Virus record (IMG/VR): IMGVR_UViG_3300008108_000323
Coordinates: 2,820-66,819 of that record
Origin: a virus
DNA: 64,000 nt
Strand: one strand, 5' to 3'
This document shows, one piece after another, positions 47,801 through 55,680 of this stretch. Made by a program: the position numbers and the translations under genes. Below the pieces are notes generated by a model. It had not been told where the DNA came from and ran no database searches. It worked only from the letters and a program-made list of their open reading frames with translations. Positions within the stretch are counted from its first letter, which is position 1, and the number at the start of each line of letters is the position of its first letter.

Positions 47801-50355
47801 TTCTCAACTTTTTCTCTAGAAACAATGCCATGCTCCTTGGACTGACTCTCAACATACTCGACAGTTTTTTGATTCAGTGGAACAAATTCTTCTGTAGTGC
47901 TAGTCAAACCCTTTGCTTCCAACTGTCCGGTTTCTGAGTTGTATCGGTATATAACTTTGTTGTCAACTACACCGTTTACGCCAGAAACATAGAACTCTTC
48001 TCCCATGTTGCCTGTTCTCTTTTCTACCTGTACACCTTCTGAACCAGCTCCAGAACTTGCGAAGCTGCTTGTGGTAGTTTTTTGATCTGATTCCACAGGC
48101 CCTGAGGACATAACAAGCGGTTGATCAACTGGAACCATTGTAGCATTACCTCTACCATCTATAGCTGCAACAGTAGCAGTAGTAGCCTCATAGCCTTCGT
48201 CACCGCCACCGTTCCTTGCATTTTTAATTGTAGAGTCCAATAGATCAAGTATTTCTCTGTCAGTTTCAGATATATTTTCACCATAAGTGGATTCCAAATA
48301 CTGGGCAAATTGTGCTCGTGATTTAAATAGAACGTCAATATTACTTACATTGAAAGTAGAAAATACCAATGAAGTAAACGCAATTGAGCGTAGTGTAAAT
48401 AATCTTGAATCTTCAGTTTTACCATACGCATTTTCTACAGCTTCAGTTATATCAAAACCATTTTGCTTAAATTCACCCCAAACATTCGCAAATGTCTCTT
48501 CTGTAAAAGAACCCGCTGCTCCAGAAACAGTTCTACCAAACATGGTAAACATCTTGCCAAAGATGTTATTTGGCACAAATCTGCCCAACTGTAATACCCC
48601 TGTTGCTTTATCATATGCTTGAGTACCCAATTTTTCAGCAACGCCCGAAGTACCATCTTGTCCGGCCAGCTCATAGCTTAGAAAATCTACACCATAAACA
48701 GCAGCTGCTTTCTCAAATAACTGAAAAGCACCGACACCAGTTCTACCGTAGCGAGATGCCATATATGTACGAGCAGCCACACCCGCTTGAGATGTAAATA
48801 CCTTACTTAAAGTTGCAGCGGTAGGTTTAGCATACATGCCAATTTGAATAGCTGCGCCCAATGAACCGATGATACCCTGTGCAAGCGCTTGGTCTTCTTG
48901 AACTTCCTGCAGACGGTTAATGACATCAGGATTTACGTACATGCCGTTTTCCTGCAATACTTGAACTGCTGTCGTGAGTTCTTCAGCAGGTGTCAAATAT
49001 TTATCTCCAGTGAAAACACTAGCTGCATCAGTAACTCCTTTACTCACTTCAGCAACGAAGTTTGAAAACACACCAGTTGCATCAATCTTAGTCAAATCGG
49101 CGTTAGTATAGATAATCTTGTTAAGAGCTTTGATCTCAGCTTTCTTTTCAATGATTTTATCTCTTAGGTTACTAGCGTAGATATAGTTAGCTTTTTGTTC
49201 ATCGGTAGGAAGTGTTTGCATACCGAAAGCGCCAACTGTATTTAGATATAATGTACCGAGCCAACCAGCATCTTTAAGGCGAGCTGCTTCGTATCTTTCG
49301 TCTAAGCCCTCTTTAGTATAAACAGCACGACTTGAAGATCCATCAAACCCTTTGAGTTTTTTCTCTAACTCTTCTACTTGTTCGTAGAGAACATTTCGTC
49401 TTTCCTTGAGTATAATTCTGTCGGTTTTCTTTTCACCCTGCATGGTTTGAACAAAAACCTGCTGAGCTTTTTCTTTAGCTTTACCTTCAAGTCTGCTTCC
49501 ATTTACATCGAAGAACTCTTGTTGAGGTATTGCGTTGAAACCAAAAAATCCGCTATCACGTTTAATCTGTTCTATCTGAGACTTGAGCGCCTGAACTTTT
49601 TTCAGTTGTTCTGGGCCCAGTTCAGTATTTCTCATTGGAAACTTAGGAGCAGATGCGTATATTTCCTGAATTTGATCATACAGACTGGAGATTTTCTTTT
49701 CGTCTTCAGATAGCTCAGACAACGCTTGGTTCTCACGATTTTCATCGTACTTAGAACGCATCACACCCTTAGCATCTTTGTAGAATCCAAGTTGCTTTCT
49801 CTTATTCTCGTATGAAGTAAGTCCAACGGACCTTTCATATTGAAGTTTATATCCGTTTAGAATTTCGTCTATTTCATAATCACGCAAGCCTTGCTTCGTA
49901 AGTAACTCTACAAGTGTCTCTTTGTTTAAAGCGTTATATCCTTTACCTGCGGTATATGGCACATCAATGTTGATTGAATTGCCCATGTCAGATTCAAATA
50001 TAACCCTACCCAAATCTTCTTCGGATAAGTTTGAAATAGAACCGGCGTTGGGATTTTCATCAAAGACAGTTCCAGATTTTCCAATGAAGTCTCTTTTAAC
50101 AACATCTGAACCTTTTGCGATTCGCATTTTGCTGTAATCTTCAGAGCGACTAATTAGAGCTCCTATATTACCACCTTCTATAACAACTGGTTTCAATAAG
50201 TCATTGACAGTTGAATAGCCAATCTCTTTTAGTTTAGCGCCGTACTTTCTTTGATAAGCATCCCTGTTTAAAGGGTCCTGAAGGTAAGTGTAAAAATCCT
50301 TTGGAGTTTGAAAAGGTTGGCCATATGCATCTACTGCAACACCATTAGACTTCAA
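38809..50355 (-). CDS. Giant (3848 aa) polyvalent virion/ejection protein
   Basis: Zincin-like HELAH motif (~42667-42681), EIQSD-motif domain (~43100-44480), degenerate LPD23-like segment (~45720-46390); located in the ejection-protein module. Confidence 0.8.
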   Translation of the reverse strand: MKSNGVAVDAYGQPFQTPKDFYTYLQDPLNRDAYQRKYGAKLKEIGYSTVNDLLKPVVIEGGNIGALISRSEDYSKMRIAKGSDVVKRDFIGKSGTVFDENPNAGSISNLSEEDLGRVIFESDMGNSINIDVPYTAGKGYNALNKETLVELLTKQGLRDYEIDEILNGYKLQYERSVGLTSYENKRKQLGFYKDAKGVMRSKYDENRENQALSELSEDEKKISSLYDQIQEIYASAPKFPMRNTELGPEQLKKVQALKSQIEQIKRDSGFFGFNAIPQQEFFDVNGSRLEGKAKEKAQQVFVQTMQGEKKTDRIILKERRNVLYEQVEELEKKLKGFDGSSSRAVYTKEGLDERYEAARLKDAGWLGTLYLNTVGAFGMQTLPTDEQKANYIYASNLRDKIIEKKAEIKALNKIIYTNADLTKIDATGVFSNFVAEVSKGVTDAASVFTGDKYLTPAEELTTAVQVLQENGMYVNPDVINRLQEVQEDQALAQGIIGSLGAAIQIGMYAKPTAATLSKVFTSQAGVAARTYMASRYGRTGVGAFQLFEKAAAVYGVDFLSYELAGQDGTSGVAEKLGTQAYDKATGVLQLGRFVPNNIFGKMFTMFGRTVSGAAGSFTEETFANVWGEFKQNGFDITEAVENAYGKTEDSRLFTLRSIAFTSLVFSTFNVSNIDVLFKSRAQFAQYLESTYGENISETDREILDLLDSTIKNARNGGGDEGYEATTATVAAIDGRGNATMVPVDQPLVMSSGPVESDQKTTTSSFASSGAGSEGVQVEKRTGNMGEEFYVSGVNGVVDNKVIYRYNSETGQLEAKGLTSTTEEFVPLNQKTVEYVESQSKEHGIVSREKVENVAIKNLEDRRKSQVENESSTGRDNNKVSYQNTTETSRRKKERIQKVEASANARYNPKFDADAQARTGLFTGVAEEVKVDDTNVKDTASEISQNMGSKMKINLTSFFMNGKAVITDLARKKAAKVADYMAPLFRDFDDTLFTTQDTDMDTGQPVRERNRDAVTDKVREAVARNTTFNEVFGKMVSDGRMSKEDAIDNFIVNLLQNSRSKVSDIFGNDKTGLKDFQKLRKDFNNFVANKYTGSNTFSATEKFVRQTPMSTATTKNRKADLKKQAVELVKENQRRKEVAEILQDTQEEGAFIKDEQIDAARFLSGEITAQEFMENTGEPVASGADPVQIEAMAKAKAAGLVDMNKYNEAVNLIQQNDATREKYKKDLLKKGAEVWGFTSSMKKPFQWKQNLRRKRMFAEVAIRQFESQATRAGITLQQFMDTRIEMLKRTEQQFQDWLKMSPNLVPLYQGPATMVPAEIYPNMVKAMQLNEKKFSPEKIALMTGVVLNEQGEAIAFDPTFKISNTEVKKYFNMTTGNIDFSGKANFFSILQSIFDFTSGLTAAQEGKTPEYVRKPSFGKRTSLFGERTMFDYRQRPVNLGGRMINIESVIPISDHQNLYDNYPDIGLMTVRVVDDVNLPQVSFSPNHLYTGNGKSMTSPGEILINIAKYTGVTNDIGTYSDVFNKSIAPQVQKALRQSVQFMENELAIPESSKFATPTAVRTKVSELKAAGVIDENTEKLINDVVEFYADKNIFQFGSYASVFNDISKVLFLSHEPKTVAAAIATFSNKYDLTEADSKALELIYNNFIDSYGPKSLARLKSIHNAFVTTSRFAGLNSEELIVAEVQPTAKTTLGVTAANAAPVDVNFAESIFQELKTFADGLEGLVSDLEGKGKNLYKYFDSLQALQQINDIISSSDGSLTIPEVENLIALVNSPDYKIAMEFIEKAFGQEPFTFDDGSTDVLYDFDELMQMESEGFVLPDPVTLSNEIDGKIQAINSKVASSKQAETYLAEATDAEARQMFYQTFPGIANFANGIYDPYKKISDFTKQELQAELVDTGLVSQEKFDDLYSRYENNPDLFVGSAASNFVDNLKQLSPKEQQDLRDKIKMRELVEKNIGTAFYSNTAYASAKVIEQAGGKNRIALASLKSLLTKYGAKTAELDWLDIDGFIESNQGKEFISSQELMDWASNIPSFVVYDPESASQKRTVTDVVLLGFSDKDSKRVDETFDTRGIVEPVAVKKSDGTVEIISLDDIKDENVELYEKYIGRKEFDAFKKALSDLAQFNGTDLSDKNKQHLKSLVKIYVELKDEMKRTEQLDEFTKYTTIFPGSIEGTYKEHLLTLPFSSNKLLRDYNEKIANIISKLSEMEKSSQGKTPTKLMAQEMNQLENQLEELVKSRDSLTISYYNLKHFLNTPSEVMLHLRTQVVVASNGERVLYLQEIQSDKIQEFRTKVLDDIKYKYKDSVRSSIILDGNAAKNKAKGDVEKIKADLVEKGYSDSQISSYLAREEEMREAMVKFKKTTPITESGQFAELALKHAMKVAADYGVKKIVLANGHAVGPKVGAIETDMKVGINTFYNKTLPSIAQKLSSKFNFSVQTVRLERDTYLNSKTQITLSAEQYPVYFNREGQSIINTGQPLEVGQLDPKFLEKVALANTSDEYIPTDLFNSIELTEESLNKVAEGMALFQQNQAGAHGATVKTDQGKHIIFALTNPNITTAMHELAHVWESSMTAVEKQMFMDSVGHSNWTKETSEAFARGFEKYLYDGKAPSGALGKMFEDFKRWLLKVYGGIKGTPVEMEISEPMRKMYDAMLGEARVNDLKQRKSTDIFDDISEFIKEIKANPEFEGVTDSELYAALMRSGFEPSDVQDYFSLKQRANIAKQQQGKGMFKDEADVMENEEEAMRVVRSQKELIDEIENMDPTEYPVILQTLFDAVEDGDVPLAKAIKDLIAAKQSGANPKAIAEMYSSILKAGTGIGRMLQLFRQLTKDTYLSSAEGMFIRNEKKGLNIPEKAKQKIRDLAVELDKIKELYKQSRAIAESDPFGISSSDPSKTNLQYHTGLYEKMQEAAQRFIDARQPYEGDDSITDMYRTFIKGGLMTPGSISINTLSNVTKFITSLIVDPLKSAISLAAFKLGISEKQFTKTSLKDWWSGVRYGMPLGIKRAYKILKDGTMSQAYQNPDSYVQGYSFYKSFAKFWGLKLDQMRVAAGYSDMSNEELAEKHGFKMNMLGEIPKKQQAIAALQSLFGVVPDIVFRVMGATDAVFRDFAYFSALSEQFKFTKQHDNYQQAIKNATSSSEKARLTAEYNAVRKAYIEVNSDFQNTEASKEAMRYVYANDNFTTDQISKIQGLTRDKINQNSLIAKASRLIGTSIIPFTRIPSNYALELLEFFLPEYALMKLGTNGYKAYTRSRGIADASSADYAETLADRRDDARSLDRVLARALVGTGVQFIAKQMVMGGAVSGAPDDENEDKGKSMTYSYVFERPYSINLTLVKERFKEMFDPNYKSKRNELWDKENDLIIDYRALGIFGAALYIQYKESKLLEQNELKYQNRGDFEKITQDFTLSLFGNWESAGKYILDQTFVRGLLSVATVISSEDENKLPAFLADITVTLSSGMVPNSLSWIDKWRRKYMVDYDAKEAPAFKAMGMKVEDSAATLYWYKLATKMAERWPIGDPTQYVDLPFVQIDQKSLPVKYDAFGKPVLQTPTGSLMGSFLYNTFDVFKASRAVAGYDIPDWEALCYLATKKGDAWECLPTLPPRSVDTPSGAYKFAPEEYNNYLQYSSMITRKLVQQYVIDSGLYKNLIDVNSSINKDARTGAPIMGDENINILMGYQQLGSILADLNAVGREVAELATYTFVSAERRKMYQEDPERYTEMYITERLTPIGPVMNMLYDNQNIQQGSKYFKMDMDLISNPDRFKDYAKGAMKLFSEMNTDPKTAIITGRNQVSSELQSAGGLDLGNGATAVPFDEGTKKSPAVETIKKQRETVNKQSGAALDLGEGVELVPFD

Positions 50356-50938
50356 CTTGTTGAACTGGTCTTGTGCTTCCCGTAGCTATATTCTCACCAG
50401 TGAACTGAGTCTTTTCATATTCTGATAACCCCCCGCTAATTTTTGTATCGAAATCATTCTCGCTTACAAACTGGAAATACTTGCCTAATACTGATTTCTT
50501 TTCGTTGTAGAACTGAGATCGCTGTGCTGGGTCAGCTAGAACAGCTTCTAGTTCTTCTTTACTCTTGATGAAAGTATTACCAAAATATATGACATCACTG
50601 TAATCCTGCTTGGTAGCGGTATACAAAGCATCTATGTCAAAACTTGAACCTGATAGTGTCTTTAACTCCTGTTCTCTAGCTGCAATCTGCTCCTGAGTAA
50701 TTTCAGGCTGCTGCTCATTCATCGCTTTTACTATGGGAACATCTTGTTTTGGTTGACCTGAAATAGCTTTTTCCAACCCAGCTTTAAAAGAAGATGTTGT
50801 TTTTTTAGGTGCAGTAATATCTACTCTACCTTCTAAAAAACTTTCTGGTTTAGTACCAGTAGTAGAAGTATTGATTACAGGCTTACCCCCAATCGTAAGT
50901 CCCCCTTGTCCGGAGTTAGGTTTTTTCTCTTCAGGCAT
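50345..50938 (-). CDS. 197-aa ORF; possibly the N-terminus of the giant protein (frameshifted)
   Basis: Overlaps the giant ORF by 11 nt; shares an F..LxDPxxR repeat with its start. Confidence 0.6.
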   Translation of the reverse strand: MPEEKKPNSGQGGLTIGGKPVINTSTTGTKPESFLEGRVDITAPKKTTSSFKAGLEKAISGQPKQDVPIVKAMNEQQPEITQEQIAAREQELKTLSGSSFDIDALYTATKQDYSDVIYFGNTFIKSKEELEAVLADPAQRSQFYNEKKSVLGKYFQFVSENDFDTKISGGLSEYEKTQFTGENIATGSTRPVQQVEV

Positions 50939-50988
50939 ATTACAAATATAACACCTGAAGAGAAAACTATTTTAATGATAATTTATTT

Positions 50989-52566
50989 TTACTTGATATC
51001 GTCTTGGTCACGAACACCGGCCATGATCTTGAAGAAAGCAGCGTCCCAGTTTTGCAGACTTTCATCACTCCAGTTACTTCGTTGGGTGATTTGAGATAGC
51101 AATGGAGAACCACCAGTAGTCTTTTGCTTACGAGAGGCTTGCGGTATAACCCATCTACCACTTGAATCAGGTTGGTAAAGAGGTATAGCATAGCCACCAA
51201 CACCAATTTCAGGAACTTTCGATACGTTCAGCTGACGTTGGTTTCCAATAGCAAAAGGGAACATCAAATACTTTGTGCCAGCTGCGTCGGCAGCTTTTCG
51301 CTCTTCAACAGTCATTGGTCTAAGATAAGTTACTTCTTTTCCATTTTCCGTATACTTTGCAGTAATCGCAGGGAAAATTGCAATGTGACTTATTTTAAAG
51401 TCTTTTTGTACTGATTCCGAAGTAAACGCAGGTACACCCCTGGCCATATCAACTATGTAAGAATTCGTTGCAATTTGAACATCTGTTCCACCCGCATCGC
51501 TAGAAACTGCAGCTGATAAATCAGATACCAAGGCGTTTGATGTTCTTTTGTAGTTTGCAGTTAACGGCCCCACAGTGAAATCCGTAGGTGCGGTTTTTTT
51601 ATTCGCATCTACAAATACTGAAACGTTAGTTCTGTTGAACAGCTTGTCTTGATTTTCATACTTGGCCGGGATGTTTGGAAGAATTGTTTCATTGAACAAT
51701 TGATTATACAAATCATCAAACGTCATTGCATAAGGGTCCAGCGCATCAGGCTTGCCGTCGGAAGCAAGCTGTGCTCTATACTGTAGTTGGGCATTTGGAT
51801 TTTTTGTAAACCAGTCTTTACCTAAATCAAATGCGTTTGTATCCTCCTTTACATCAGGGTTTGTCTTTTTTAATTCCAAAGCCTCTGCTCGAGTCGCAGG
51901 AATACTTATGTATCTGTCGATTTCTATTCCCTCTTTACTAGTTGTCTTTTTTTCAGATATAATTACACCTTGCGTCTTTAGATCAAGGACAGTTGGGTCA
52001 TTAAAGATTTTTGTAAAGTCATATCTATCATGGAATAAAACTTCAGGGAGAATAAATCCATCACTAGGTTCAATCGGCTCTACATAACCATCCGCAAACA
52101 TCTGGGGATTTCTTTGATATATACCCAAAAGTTCTTCTTTACTTTTTGCAGTTTTCAGCGCTTCATACAACATCTCCATACCCGGAGAAACAAAAACATT
52201 TGATTTTTTAGTCTGTGCGTTTTGTATCTTGTCTTCAATGTCAAAAAAGTATTTTGAATCGTTCAGATAATTATTCCTCTTTGCCTTTAAATCAGCTTCA
52301 CCTTGATAAGACTTTTCTATTACATTTGAGTCTTTTTCTTTTTCAGCCCTAATTAGAGTTTGAATAAACTTGACTGTTTCATCCTTATTATCATTAATGA
52401 AAACATTATGATAAGCATCGTTATCTACAGTTACCCTGCTTCGAATTGCCTGAAGTTCTCTAGCCTGTCTATCTAACGCTGCGCTGTCATCTACTACAGG
52501 AGCCTTAAGTTTAGGAAACTTACCTGTTGCGCCTATTGCTGCACCTAATGAAAATCCACTTGCCAT
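50989..52566 (-). CDS. Internal virion/ejection protein
   Basis: 525 aa, between the small ejection proteins and the giant protein. Confidence 0.6.
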   Translation of the reverse strand: MASGFSLGAAIGATGKFPKLKAPVVDDSAALDRQARELQAIRSRVTVDNDAYHNVFINDNKDETVKFIQTLIRAEKEKDSNVIEKSYQGEADLKAKRNNYLNDSKYFFDIEDKIQNAQTKKSNVFVSPGMEMLYEALKTAKSKEELLGIYQRNPQMFADGYVEPIEPSDGFILPEVLFHDRYDFTKIFNDPTVLDLKTQGVIISEKKTTSKEGIEIDRYISIPATRAEALELKKTNPDVKEDTNAFDLGKDWFTKNPNAQLQYRAQLASDGKPDALDPYAMTFDDLYNQLFNETILPNIPAKYENQDKLFNRTNVSVFVDANKKTAPTDFTVGPLTANYKRTSNALVSDLSAAVSSDAGGTDVQIATNSYIVDMARGVPAFTSESVQKDFKISHIAIFPAITAKYTENGKEVTYLRPMTVEERKAADAAGTKYLMFPFAIGNQRQLNVSKVPEIGVGGYAIPLYQPDSSGRWVIPQASRKQKTTGGSPLLSQITQRSNWSDESLQNWDAAFFKIMAGVRDQDDIK

Positions 52567-52578
52567 TTTTATTGTTTA

Positions 52579-53244
52579 TTAAGAACCACCAGCCCCTACC
52601 GAAGCAGCAATGTTTTCACTTCCTCTTTTGATAGCTGCGCCCGCTGCCTTCTCAGCGTATGTTCTGAAATCTCTAGAAGCTTTAATATCCTTTTGGGTAA
52701 TTAAGCTCATCGCTCGATTCATGCGTTCTACACCGGACATAGCAAGTTGCTTTTCAGCTACATCTGCTTGTGTTATTCTAGCTTCTCCTGTTGTTCTATC
52801 AATTGCTGCAGTACGACCAAAAAAAGCTGAAGCCTGAGGTGATCCTTGAGCAACAGCATTCATGCGCTGAGCTTGCGCTCTATTGTTTTCCATACGCATT
52901 ATGCCTCGCTGTTCGCTTCCGATACCCTGTTGCATGTTATTTTGGTATATGGATTTCATTTCAGCGTATGGACCTTTCGTAGCTAAATACCCCGGGAAAG
53001 GTAAGCGGTTTGCTTTCCTTAATTGAGATATTCCAATTGCCATTTGAAGTAATCCCATTCCAGCAGATACCGAACCAGCAAGACCGCTGCCACCGCCACT
53101 ACCGCCACCACCAGATACAGTTTTAGTAGCAGGGGTAACACCAGACATTCTGGTAGCGCCACCAATAGCGTCACCAACGGCCCCAGTAGCTCCAGCAGCT
53201 GTACTGCCACCACTAGCTCCTAAAATAACTCCACCGACGCTCAT
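52579..53244 (-). CDS. Gly/Ala-rich internal virion (ejection) protein
   Basis: Hydrophobic Gly-rich N-terminus, helical body. Confidence 0.65.
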   Translation of the reverse strand: MSVGGVILGASGGSTAAGATGAVGDAIGGATRMSGVTPATKTVSGGGGSGGGSGLAGSVSAGMGLLQMAIGISQLRKANRLPFPGYLATKGPYAEMKSIYQNNMQQGIGSEQRGIMRMENNRAQAQRMNAVAQGSPQASAFFGRTAAIDRTTGEARITQADVAEKQLAMSGVERMNRAMSLITQKDIKASRDFRTYAEKAAGAAIKRGSENIAASVGAGGS

Positions 53245-53246
53245 AA

Positions 53247-53810
53247 TTATTTTAACATGTATTGAATTCCTTGAACTAAATTCTCAGAGCCGGTGGCAAT
53301 TGCTTGACCGGCTGCTTCCTGAGCCATTAACTTGTACTCTCGTTTAGCTGATACTTCACGCTGTTGTATTGTGCTTATTTCATCTGCTGATCTAGTCATA
53401 CCTGAAATAGCAGCCCTTCTATAACTTTGATCCATCTTACTTAAATTTACTTCGGTAGATAGTCTGTCCAGAGCCCCAATCCTAGAGGCAGCTTGACCTG
53501 CAAACTGAGGTGTTGTCTCAGCAAGTGAACGTAATGTTTTAGCTGTTTGACCTGCAGTTTCTTTTCTAACTCCACCAAGCGTATCATCTCCCAAACCTTC
53601 TTGATACTGCTTGCGATACATTTCCATGTTTTCGTTAGCGTACTGCATTCCAGAAGTGTAATCAGGAAAAGGAAGTTTCCTAGCTTTTCTCAATTGATTA
53701 TATCCAACTAACATTTGGATACCACCAGCTATGCCACCAATGGATTGCCCAACAGCTTTACCTGCTCCTTTTGCCAAGTTGGCCAGCATCATTATTGTCA
53801 TTGGATCCAT
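53247..53810 (-). CDS. Internal virion (ejection) protein, paralog of 52579-53244
   Basis: MDPMT start; QLRKARKLPFPDY vs QLRKANRLPFPGY. Confidence 0.65.
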   Translation of the reverse strand: MDPMTIMMLANLAKGAGKAVGQSIGGIAGGIQMLVGYNQLRKARKLPFPDYTSGMQYANENMEMYRKQYQEGLGDDTLGGVRKETAGQTAKTLRSLAETTPQFAGQAASRIGALDRLSTEVNLSKMDQSYRRAAISGMTRSADEISTIQQREVSAKREYKLMAQEAAGQAIATGSENLVQGIQYMLK

Positions 53811-53830
53811 AATTACAAATTTAAGTTTTT

Positions 53831-55680
53831 TTATTTGTTATACAATCTTGAATTTGCTCTATACTTAACTACGTAATTCACCAACTTCTGGAACAGGTTG
53901 GGAGCAAACGTCAACTTAACCTTTAGGAACCTGCCCCACAATCTAGAAGTATCGCCAGAATTGATACCTGTGACAGTAGAGTCATTCTTTACAGGAGAGT
54001 AGTAAAAGTCTTCCAGCTCTTCAAACTCACCACTTGTCAAGAAAGAGACATGGTCACGTGTACCAAAATCAACTCTCTCAGGAGTAGTATGAGTAACCAC
54101 TTGAATGGCTTCGAAAGTTTTACTGAGGTTAGGATCAATGTTTACTACACCTTCGATGTGGCCATTATACAGCGCTTCATAGAATGTGTTGTAGTTACCT
54201 GAATTGTGAACGTAAATTTTGTTCTGTTCGTTTGGCTTGGTCGTGTAAACGGTATTTCCACGAGTAGTCATAATGTTTGGCCAAGCTGATTGGAAGCAGA
54301 TAAATCCGTTCTTCACTTCATCATATACCAAGGTAAATATCTTGTAATACTGTGGGTGAGTAGCAGGTGTTCTTCTTGCCCACAAACTTGTATAGCTTGC
54401 ACCTAGGCCCGGAACCGTATTTATGGTATCTACGCCTGATGATATTTTCTCATATACATATGGCACACCGCTTATATCTCTTTCGGCTGTATCGAACTCA
54501 CCGTAATAATTAAAGCCAGTGCCGTCTCCCTGATGACTAACTTTTACCAGAGCCCCAAGCGGATAAGACTTCACAGGCAAAGTATAAGTCGAATCATTAT
54601 AAGTCTGAAACTCCGGGATAGTTGGGTTAACCGCCTTGAATGTAAACATGGCTTCATAAAACCTTTGGTTATATCCCGCAGTAACGCCTTCACCAGAAAT
54701 TGGTCTGAGTGAATCAGTATGCCATGTAGTGTTGTTGATCAAGAATGACATCAAACCCTTGTCAGAAAGCACTCGAGTTCCATCTCCACCAAAGCGAACG
54801 ATCTTCTTGGTTTCAGAATTGTACCAGTACAAGTTTTCATCACCACTGAAAGTCTTACCTTTTACTACACTTCGTTTGTTGGTAGAACCAAAGCTGCTCA
54901 ACTTCTGGCCCTTGTTTGTCAAGACTCCACCAGAACCCAATACGATTTCTGTACCTTGATCACTCACCAACATTTGTGAATCGCTGATGTAGTGACGTAT
55001 GAAAGCATTTGGCTGAAGGGTGTATAGGTTACCATTAATGGTTTCCAACTCAATAATCTCTCCGTCGTTAGTCTCCAAGTCAACTACGTCAATCGGTTTG
55101 AAGATTCTATAGTTGTCTTTTTCGGAGCCAGTGCTTTTGATCTGAGACCAGCGGATTGAGGCGGGTCGTTTTCCATCCCAACGATTATCTGCATCATATC
55201 CGTTTTCAGTAAACAGATTGTCTATGACGTTATATTGGGAATCGTAATTATTCTGATTGTCTACTTCAGGCCACTGTTCTAGCCAATAAAGCAAACCTGT
55301 TCCCCAAGATCCTTGAGGTAGCTCGGCGTAGGTAACTACGTTTGAACCTAAACTAGCTATTGTCAGCGTTGGAGACCAGTCTCGGATATACGCATTACCT
55401 GCACGTTTGTAACCAGTTTCATTTAACCCGGTGATAGTTGTTTCCAAATACTGAGGGAAAACATATCCCGGGCCAGCGTGTTCCAAATTATGTTCTATTG
55501 TATGGAACATCTGAGTATTTGAAACATTCTGAGAATAGAAAGAGTAGGCCAATCCAAATCCATAGTGCAGACCGTTGTACGTACTCATTCTTATTTTAAG
55601 TGTGCTCTTCTGAGTAAACACATCTCCACCAAAAACTTCTACGTTGTTCTGAACCCCACGCTCATTTCCAGTGAGAATAT
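53831..55680 (-). CDS. Tail stabilization/nozzle protein, C-terminal part
   Basis: Frame is open upstream of the annotated GTG and reads YILTG...VEVFGGDVF; IRWS, DNYRIF, GEI, TLVYDE motifs of crAss-like stabilization proteins. Confidence 0.75.

Noticed and set aside
50620-50660. GSSFDIDALY in the 197-aa ORF resembles the crAss virion RNAP catalytic motif GxDFDIDK
   Set aside because: The first catalytic Asp is Ser and the context is a low-complexity N-terminal region with no double-psi barrel features; likely coincidence.
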